Shown here piece by piece: positions 57,671 through 64,000 of a stretch of DNA of 64,000 bases. Positions within the stretch are counted from its first letter, which is position 1. Each line of letters opens with the position of its first letter. The notes under the pieces are model-generated. The model ran no database searches. It saw only the letters and a program-made list of their open reading frames with translations, and had not been told where the DNA came from. Origin of the DNA: a virus (taxonomy: Duplodnaviria > Caudoviricetes); IMG/VR virus record IMGVR_UViG_3300048598_000287, positions 64,001 through 128,000 of that record. One strand, written 5' to 3'. Position numbers and translations under genes: made by a program.

Positions 57671-58396
57671 ATGGCAAGTAATAACACAATAGGCGATGAA
57701 GGAAAGAAAAAACTGTTCTTTGGCTCTGCCGTAGACAGCCTGGCCGATCCTTTCAGAACCACCAGATGGCGAATGCTCATTTCCACAAGTATTTTCAATG
57801 CTTTTGGTATGGATCTTCAAAATCACGATCAGTTCAATGTTCAGGACGGTGAATCGGAATTTGCACTATATGTGCAGGATCCTCCTGCATTGCCTTCCGT
57901 AGGACTGACTGATGCGGCATTACATTACATGGGATTCAACAAATGGTATGTTACCGGTCAAAACGGGCTAGATGGAGAATTCAATATCGGCGGCGTACTT
58001 ACCGAAGATATGGCTCCGCTGGAATCTATGCTTGAATGGAGAAACATGGTATACAACACCGGCGAGCTTACCAAGGCTAACCGCTCTGATGCAAATTATG
58101 ACACTAACAGAATAGCTCAGGATTCCAGCAATAAAATAAGCCTTGGCTTAGGTCAGCAGGCTAACTGGACAAATCCTACCGTTCAGCTTCTTAGAAACCA
58201 AACAGTGACAGTCGAGCTATACGATTGGATGTATGGAAACTGCATCCTTAGCATAACCTATATTAATGCCTGGCCAAAACAAGTGAGCATTCCATCTAAT
58301 CTTACTTATCAACAAGCGGACCTTGGAAAATGGAGTGCAAAATTCAGATACGACAGATTCACCATGTGGATTCCTGGCGGATATATATATAAGTAA
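57671..58396 (+). CDS. Tail tube protein
   Basis: Follows sheath; LADP.R..RW, NAWP, F.YD pattern of T4 gp19-like tubes. Confidence 0.8.
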   Translation: MASNNTIGDEGKKKLFFGSAVDSLADPFRTTRWRMLISTSIFNAFGMDLQNHDQFNVQDGESEFALYVQDPPALPSVGLTDAALHYMGFNKWYVTGQNGLDGEFNIGGVLTEDMAPLESMLEWRNMVYNTGELTKANRSDANYDTNRIAQDSSNKISLGLGQQANWTNPTVQLLRNQTVTVELYDWMYGNCILSITYINAWPKQVSIPSNLTYQQADLGKWSAKFRYDRFTMWIPGGYIYK

Positions 58397-58412
58397 TTAT
58401 CTAGATTTATAT

Positions 58413-58440
58413 GAAAAGGCGAGCATCAGCTCGCCTTTTT
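58413..58440. terminator. Bidirectional intrinsic terminator
   Basis: AAAAGGCGAGC-ATCA-GCTCGCCTTTTT. Confidence 0.8.
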
Positions 58441-58465
58441 CACATCCGCCGTATTTCAGTTTGCA

Positions 58466-58843
58466 TTATTTTAAGAAAGCCTTTCGACTACTTCTTCCTT
58501 CTGCGAGTAGCGTTATTTGCTTTGCCGTATTATAATCCAGATTATTACATTTCATGCATTCGGTGATTTTAGCACGGAGGGCATCCACACGCTTCCCTCG
58601 GGTAGGATTGTATTTAATATTAACTGACATTCCAGAAAGGCAGTCAAAGGCATGTGCCTGAAGTTTCTTAGACAGTCGGAAGAATGCTTCAGTATTCGTT
58701 TCGGTAAGCAATTCAGGAGCCAGGTGCGTATCGTTTTCCAATGCAACCTGAGCAAGATATGGTTCGAACGAAGATTCTTCATCCGGAGACATGTCAAGTC
58801 CGCGGGTGCGATTTTTTATGAATGATGCTATGGAGAAACTCAT
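58466..58843 (-). CDS. Putative clamp loader small subunit (gp62-like)
   Basis: Position after gp44-like gene; F.PY...AL...N pattern; size. Confidence 0.55.
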   Translation of the reverse strand: MSFSIASFIKNRTRGLDMSPDEESSFEPYLAQVALENDTHLAPELLTETNTEAFFRLSKKLQAHAFDCLSGMSVNIKYNPTRGKRVDALRAKITECMKCNNLDYNTAKQITLLAEGRSSRKAFLK

Positions 58844-59853
58844 CCTAGCATCCCGCATACATGTAGAAGATCTATAGTCTTTGCCATATATGCATCAATC
58901 ACAGTTAGCGGATTTACCTGACGGTTTGACATGTCTTCATAATAGGCGGTCATCACGCTGAATTTAAGCCTTCCTGCAGGAGGAAGCTTCATGATAAACA
59001 TTTCGGCGAAACTATGGAAGAAACAATCGAAATCAACATATGTTTCCCGTACATATTCCCTAACTTTAATGTCATCTCCAGTAAGTACGATATTCATTAG
59101 GGTTTCTGTGAAATCAACGTTTGGTATTTTGACTTCTCCGTCAATGCTGCATTTATGCTCAAGGAAATTATTGAACAATGTATTTGTCATGAGCCGCATG
59201 TCAGGATAGCATTTTTGAACTATTTCTTTGACCGTATCCTTGTTTACTGTTCCGGAATACGGAGACGTTTCTGTTTCTGCTATGGAAAGCAATCTTACAT
59301 ACATGGCATTTTTCATTACCCGGTCATCAGACGAATAGTCAAAGCTTATAGGAAAACATCTGGATGTTATCGGTTCTGGAAGACGGTAAAATTCATTGCA
59401 TGTAAGAATGAACCGTATGGTACTTTCATTCTGTTCTATCAAGGTTTGCAGCTTACGATAAAAATCCGCCGGATTTCTTGGATGGTCGGCTTCATCTATG
59501 ACGACGAATCTAGGCTTGCCGTCAATCATCTTGGATGATGAAAAGTCTTCTATCTCGTCGAATACGTCACTCTGTGTCTTTGCCGAAAAAAATCTGAATG
59601 TAGTGCCTAGAGTATTGGGAAGCGCCATTGCCAAAGTGGTTTTTCCGGTTCCTGGCTTGCCTGAATATAGCACATAATGACCGAAGGCATTTAGCTTTAT
59701 TGCCGTATCGACAGTGGATCGGATGCTAGGAGGAAGTATCATGTCGGCAACCGTTGTTGGACGATATTTCTGAACCCATAGTGTAAATTCCTGCATCGAC
59801 GATGTCTGTTCACTGGAATCTGAAATGCCTTCTCCGGTAAATATATCAGTCAT
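58840..59853 (-). CDS. Clamp loader large subunit (T4 gp44/RFC-like)
   Basis: LWVQKYRP, PGTGKTT, IDEAD, FILTCN, SRC, YPDMR. Confidence 0.92.
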   Translation of the reverse strand: MTDIFTGEGISDSSEQTSSMQEFTLWVQKYRPTTVADMILPPSIRSTVDTAIKLNAFGHYVLYSGKPGTGKTTLAMALPNTLGTTFRFFSAKTQSDVFDEIEDFSSSKMIDGKPRFVVIDEADHPRNPADFYRKLQTLIEQNESTIRFILTCNEFYRLPEPITSRCFPISFDYSSDDRVMKNAMYVRLLSIAETETSPYSGTVNKDTVKEIVQKCYPDMRLMTNTLFNNFLEHKCSIDGEVKIPNVDFTETLMNIVLTGDDIKVREYVRETYVDFDCFFHSFAEMFIMKLPPAGRLKFSVMTAYYEDMSNRQVNPLTVIDAYMAKTIDLLHVCGMLG

Positions 59854-60070
59854 TGATTTCTCCTTCTGCTAATTGTACTATAATTATTTTACTTGTTGGA
59901 ATAAGGTCAAGCAAGGTTCCGTTTCCCGTAGGTGCTTTCTGTATAATCTCTATGAAATCTTTTTTCCTTGCCATGGCGTCTTTGATGTATTGGTACATCT
60001 TCAATCCGCCATTAAATCGAAAAGGATCTGAAATTCCATCCATATATATAATTACGTCATCGATTGGCAT
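59846..60070 (-). CDS. Hypothetical protein
   Basis: GAGG RBS, operon context. Confidence 0.55.
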   Translation of the reverse strand: MPIDDVIIYMDGISDPFRFNGGLKMYQYIKDAMARKKDFIEIIQKAPTGNGTLLDLIPTSKIIIVQLAEGEIND

Positions 60071-60744
60071 AATCCCTCTGATTTCATGAAATTAAGTAAA
60101 TCGGTAGGCTCGGATATGTCAGAATCAGTGATATACTCGGCCCCGTCATGTAATGAAAAAAGAGATGCGACCGCATGTAAAAACCCAATTCCTGAACCGA
60201 AATGAACCATCCTCTTTGATGTCCTTAGATAGGTCTCAAGCATATATGCGGAATGATTTTCTACTATGTCCACGGATTTTCCTTTATTACTAAGAACGGT
60301 AGCAATATCTGAAATATATGTTTTTTTCCCTATATTTGCAAGAATGATTTTATAATCTGATTTGCTTAACGCATCCACATACCTATCTATGTCAGATTCA
60401 TCCCGTATCCTTCCGAAGGACACGGTCTGATCTAGACGTCCAATCGAAGAAAAATCATGCCTGACTGGATATGTCGGATATTTACCCGAATGCCCGAAGG
60501 TAATTACATCATGTATGCCATATGTATCATAGCCAATGCCGTCATAATCGATGAATACCCGTCTGGCTGATCTACGGATTTCCTCTGAAGTTGACTGAAC
60601 GCCTTCTTCTCCATAAAAAAATACTTTTCCCCCGGTGCCTGAATAATAACGGATGTCATGATTAAACGCGGCAGCTGATGATGCCAAAATGTTATGCGAA
60701 GATTCGCTTTCGTTTATCATATTTTTTGAAAAGAATATGTTCAT
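60052..60744 (-). CDS. Hypothetical protein, possible degenerate GT-B fold
   Basis: Weak; next to a glycosyltransferase. Confidence 0.4.
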   Translation of the reverse strand: MNIFFSKNMINESESSHNILASSAAAFNHDIRYYSGTGGKVFFYGEEGVQSTSEEIRRSARRVFIDYDGIGYDTYGIHDVITFGHSGKYPTYPVRHDFSSIGRLDQTVSFGRIRDESDIDRYVDALSKSDYKIILANIGKKTYISDIATVLSNKGKSVDIVENHSAYMLETYLRTSKRMVHFGSGIGFLHAVASLFSLHDGAEYITDSDISEPTDLLNFMKSEGLCQSMT

Positions 60745-61775
60745 TTAATTTCCGGACCTCCGCTAGACATGCAGTGGGTTTCTAAAAATGCATTCACGTC
60801 GGACAATACTGATTCATATATGGAATTTGGCGTTATATATTTTTTTATGAATGATTTTACATAATCCTGTCCGTCTTCCTCAAGTATTGTCTCCAGCACT
60901 TCAGTTATGGTAGGTGAGAAAGTCCTAAGAAAATATATGGATGTATCGATTTTAAGCGTAGTTCCGTCACCTATTTTTATCACGGCATATCCTTCCAGCC
61001 GATTTTCCGCGGAAAAAATTTCATACATTGTTTCCAAAGAAATGGTTCCGGCAATATATGATGAGAATTCTGAATCAGTCATCCGGCGTATGATGGAGCA
61101 ATATGCCCTGTTCTTAGTATATCGTTCCCCAGATAGATATGAAGCATCATTAGCCTTACGATGCCACATATGAAGAACCGTGCCCGTGGAACATCTAAGT
61201 TCTCTCAGGTTAAACTTTCGCCGCACCTTGAATATGAACGCATCATCTTCAGCTCCCCATCCTGAAAATTCCTCATCAAATCCGCCTACTGCGTCATATG
61301 TTGATTTGGAGAAACAATTTATGAGTCCGGACTGACGGGTTATAGGAATGTTAGAATTATATGCCATTTTTATGGCAGATGCAGAATGTCTGCATTTTAT
61401 CCTTGTTTCAGCTTCATTAAGATAGACGCAGTTAGAATATGGGAAAACCAGAGGGGCATCTTTTCCATGCCGTATAATATTGTCAATTATTTCCCCATCA
61501 ATCCATGAATCCGCATCTATCATTACATAAAGATCGTATTCTGGATGTTTATTGACTGCATTATTAAGCAGTGCAGTCTTATGAAAATTAGAATCAGGAA
61601 TGTCTATGGTATGATGAAATTTTACCCCGTTGACCGGAGTAAATCCATTCTGCTCTACAATGCAGATGTCTGCCCCGGAATTAACTATAATAAGCTGGTC
61701 TATCGAAGCGGTTAAATTTCGTATCCGGCATGCATCTCCGGCATAAAATGCATAAATGTAAAGAACCTTTTCCAT
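60741..61775 (-). CDS. GT2/GT7C-like glycosyltransferase
   Basis: IVEQ, F.K..LLN, IDAD, VGGFDE.F.GWGAEDD, HMWH. Confidence 0.85.
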   Translation of the reverse strand: MEKVLYIYAFYAGDACRIRNLTASIDQLIIVNSGADICIVEQNGFTPVNGVKFHHTIDIPDSNFHKTALLNNAVNKHPEYDLYVMIDADSWIDGEIIDNIIRHGKDAPLVFPYSNCVYLNEAETRIKCRHSASAIKMAYNSNIPITRQSGLINCFSKSTYDAVGGFDEEFSGWGAEDDAFIFKVRRKFNLRELRCSTGTVLHMWHRKANDASYLSGERYTKNRAYCSIIRRMTDSEFSSYIAGTISLETMYEIFSAENRLEGYAVIKIGDGTTLKIDTSIYFLRTFSPTITEVLETILEEDGQDYVKSFIKKYITPNSIYESVLSDVNAFLETHCMSSGGPEIK

Positions 61776-61779
61776 AGCG

Positions 61780-62565
61780 TTAATCGATGATTTTAAGTAT
61801 GTCTGATTCGTGTATGTTTGAAAACTCTAGTTCGTTTTTGAATGACCTAATTATATTCATCACTCGTTCCGTACTAGATGGATGGGTTTCATATCCGGTG
61901 TCGTCTCCTTCCATAAAGTATATTGCAAGAGTCATAAGAAGCATTCCATCAACGAACGAACTTCCTATGCCCGTCCCCTGAAGTATCGAGCATGCGAATA
62001 AATCAGCAGAGCGTTCGTCATTTCTGGAAATGTTATTATCACTTCGTTCAGAGTTATCCACATGCCCAAGGCATATGTGTCCGGTCTCATGCCCAATAAT
62101 GCCGGCGATGGACTTTACCGTAAGTTCCTTATACAGAGAAGCCATATTTTCGGAACTATACATTGGAAATTTAGCATAAAAATCCCGGATCCTTTCATAC
62201 TTAATGACTGAAAATACGGAATCACCATATTTGCCGCTGGCAATCATGTTATCGCATATCCAAGAAGCAGACTGCCTTACCAAGGATGCATTCTTTGAAT
62301 TTATATAATATCCAAATATGGGTGAATATATAGACAGCATCGTGCATAATCCTTCGAAACTATATACTGATGATATGCCGTCTTTTTTACCTGCAAATGA
62401 ATTAATAATGGGTTCGTCCATATAAGTATAATGAATATTTTTTACAATATTGCGATATGCTGCATTTTTATTGATATATCCAGATGACCGGCATATATTT
62501 ATTCCGTTGTCCACCATGGAGAATATGTCATATTTAGGGATTTTAACATTGTGCGAGTTTGACAT
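61780..62565 (-). CDS. M48-like zinc peptidase
   Basis: IGHETGH..LGH, E..AD.FA, THPS..ER. Confidence 0.8.
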   Translation of the reverse strand: MSNSHNVKIPKYDIFSMVDNGINICRSSGYINKNAAYRNIVKNIHYTYMDEPIINSFAGKKDGISSVYSFEGLCTMLSIYSPIFGYYINSKNASLVRQSASWICDNMIASGKYGDSVFSVIKYERIRDFYAKFPMYSSENMASLYKELTVKSIAGIIGHETGHICLGHVDNSERSDNNISRNDERSADLFACSILQGTGIGSSFVDGMLLMTLAIYFMEGDDTGYETHPSSTERVMNIIRSFKNELEFSNIHESDILKIID

Positions 62566-63334
62566 TCTTTCCTCCTAATCTGATTTTTTCTCCGGATGAG
62601 AAAGCTTTCCATGCCGATTTCATTTTCCTACGCATTCTGGTTAGCACAAGGATGGCGGAGTCTTTGCAACATCCGCGCTGTTCAGAATATACTTCCATTG
62701 CAGACCGTATTGAATCTGTTGTTAAAATATAATTATACATGTCCCGCTCGTCATTAGAAAGAGTGCCCGCCACGCGGTCAGATATCTGTATCTTCCCCAT
62801 GATGTCGGCATCAAATGGTTCCGGAGACGATAGATATTCCACAATGTCACCGTCATCTTCTGAAATGGTCAATTCCGAATATGTTGCGCTTATGTGATGA
62901 GACGGCGTTATCTTTACAAGGCAGTCGTCATGTATATATTTTTTTATATATCCATTAAGGCATAATATCATGTAGCTATTGAATTTAGATCCTGAACCAG
63001 GGCAATAGTTACGTATCAATGAGGTGAAATTTATATACGGAAGATGCGTAAGGTCATTGGCATTTATAGAATATTTTTTCGCATATGCATTATACAGGCG
63101 TATTAGAAAAAGAGAATAATTGCCTATTATAGCATCGCGGTAAAGTCCCAAAAGCCGCAATTTTCCTGGGGAATCATTAGACGAAAGGCCCTTACATTTC
63201 AACACCATGAATTCTATCGCATCCCCGTCAGGAAAGGTCATTACTTTTCTCAACCCAGCTATTATACGTTTAGATTTTTCATAGGCATCTACCAATACTT
63301 TTTTATTTACATAGTCAGGGCTTTTATAAATCAT
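62543..63334 (-). CDS. Putative RNA polymerase sigma-like factor
   Basis: R..II.NY.L, A.KY, Y.P..G.KFNSY....L...I (region 2-like); LS..ER, C-terminal HTH-like segment. Confidence 0.55.
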   Translation of the reverse strand: MIYKSPDYVNKKVLVDAYEKSKRIIAGLRKVMTFPDGDAIEFMVLKCKGLSSNDSPGKLRLLGLYRDAIIGNYSLFLIRLYNAYAKKYSINANDLTHLPYINFTSLIRNYCPGSGSKFNSYMILCLNGYIKKYIHDDCLVKITPSHHISATYSELTISEDDGDIVEYLSSPEPFDADIMGKIQISDRVAGTLSNDERDMYNYILTTDSIRSAMEVYSEQRGCCKDSAILVLTRMRRKMKSAWKAFSSGEKIRLGGKNVKLAQC

Positions 63335-63365
63335 TAAATCCTCGCAGATTCACGGTTGTCAAGAA

Positions 63366-63394
63366 AATATACATATTTTCTACATTTATTGCAA
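63366..63394 (-). promoter_or_regulatory. Sigma70-type early promoter
   Basis: TTGCAA-N17-TATATT. Confidence 0.7.
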
Positions 63395-63442
63395 GGTGAA
63401 CTACTCATCCGTTAGATGTGTGCTTCTTTTCGTTTCAACGGA

Positions 63443-63640
63443 TCACCTATGTATTAAAGTCAGGGAGTTTTCTTCCGCAAATCTTATATAAAAATAGAAG
63501 CCGGATGATTCCCGGCTTCTATTGTAAACTTTTTTTGATTCAATGATGCGGACCCGCAATCGTCGTCCGTTTTCGGTGTTCAAAATCCTGTCGGATCTCG
63601 CTTTCCTGGTTTCCTTGACCTGTTTATCTATGAATTTCAT
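63443..63640 (-). CDS. Small basic protein, ArfA-like candidate
   Basis: AAGGA RBS; LRVRIIESKKVYNR resembles the ArfA core; internal terminator before the stop. Confidence 0.45.
   Translation of the reverse strand: MKFIDKQVKETRKARSDRILNTENGRRLRVRIIESKKVYNRSRESSGFYFYIRFAEENSLTLIHR
63487..63523 (-). terminator. Intrinsic terminator inside the 63443-63640 ORF
   Basis: 12-bp perfect stem AATAGAAGCCGG/CCGGCTTCTATT followed by TTTAT. Confidence 0.7.
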
Positions 63641-63643
63641 ATG

Positions 63644-63979
63644 TCATCCTTGCAATATGCTGTCTTTAAGTAAATCCATTACCGATGCGACATCTTTGTC
63701 CGAAGGAGCCTCTATGGCTTTCGGCTCAGGATCATGGTGACCGCATTCTCCTTTTTTACCAAACATAGCAATAGAATCGATTTCTTCCAATGGGGAAAAT
63801 TCATATGAATGCTGCTGTTTAAAGTTCTCTATCGTGGCAAGAATGCTGTTATATCCATATTCAGGGATATTTACCACCCGGCGGTTAAATTCTTCAACAT
63901 TGTTCGTCTGAGGGTATAACGCAGGATCCTTATCGCCATATCCTATGACATTTCCGGCAGATATCATATCAATGTCCAT
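63644..63979 (-). CDS. Hypothetical protein
   Basis: AAGGA RBS, 111 aa. Confidence 0.65.
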   Translation of the reverse strand: MDIDMISAGNVIGYGDKDPALYPQTNNVEEFNRRVVNIPEYGYNSILATIENFKQQHSYEFSPLEEIDSIAMFGKKGECGHHDPEPKAIEAPSDKDVASVMDLLKDSILQG

Positions 63980-64000
63980 GTTGTCATTCCTTTTCGACGA

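Noticed and set aside
1-64000. Alternative genetic code (stop-codon reassignment)
   Set aside because: Long core genes (polymerase, nrdD, sheath) are intact in the standard code, and all three stops are used at natural gene ends.
1-64000. tRNA/rRNA genes
   Set aside because: No cloverleaf or T-loop signatures recognised in the intergenic regions by eye; a tRNAscan run would be decisive.

Overview
This window is part of a large, T4-like lytic myovirus (jumbo-phage style) genome read in the standard genetic code; the host cannot be assigned from sequence alone. Recognisable genes are a family-B DNA polymerase, clamp-loader subunits, a large tail sheath and tail tube, anaerobic ribonucleotide reductase (nrdD/nrdG), a ThyX-like protein, a RuvC-like resolvase, an RNA ligase/phosphatase cluster, a sigma-like factor, a radical SAM protein, an AAA ATPase, a patatin and several HExxH peptidases. 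There is an extensive glycosylation set: UDP-galactopyranose mutase, three DUF4422/GT111-like genes, two DUF616-like genes, and GT2/GT4-like enzymes. Mobile elements are a class-3 intein in a PD-(D/E)XK exonuclease, a stand-alone TnpB element splitting a glycosyltransferase gene, and a zinc-finger/endonuclease/methyltransferase-like fusion next to nrdD. Two promoter classes are visible: host sigma70-type TTGCMR-N17-TATATT and a putative phage late motif TATAAACT(A). The strongest leads are: (1) a 36-bp repeat/spacer array that starts inside the 3' end of a small unknown gene, with no cas genes in the window; (2) a phage galactofuranose glycosylation pathway; (3) an ArfA-like small gene with an internal terminator before its stop codon; (4) a shared N-terminal signal on many late proteins. 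All product calls come from motif recognition by eye, not from database searches.
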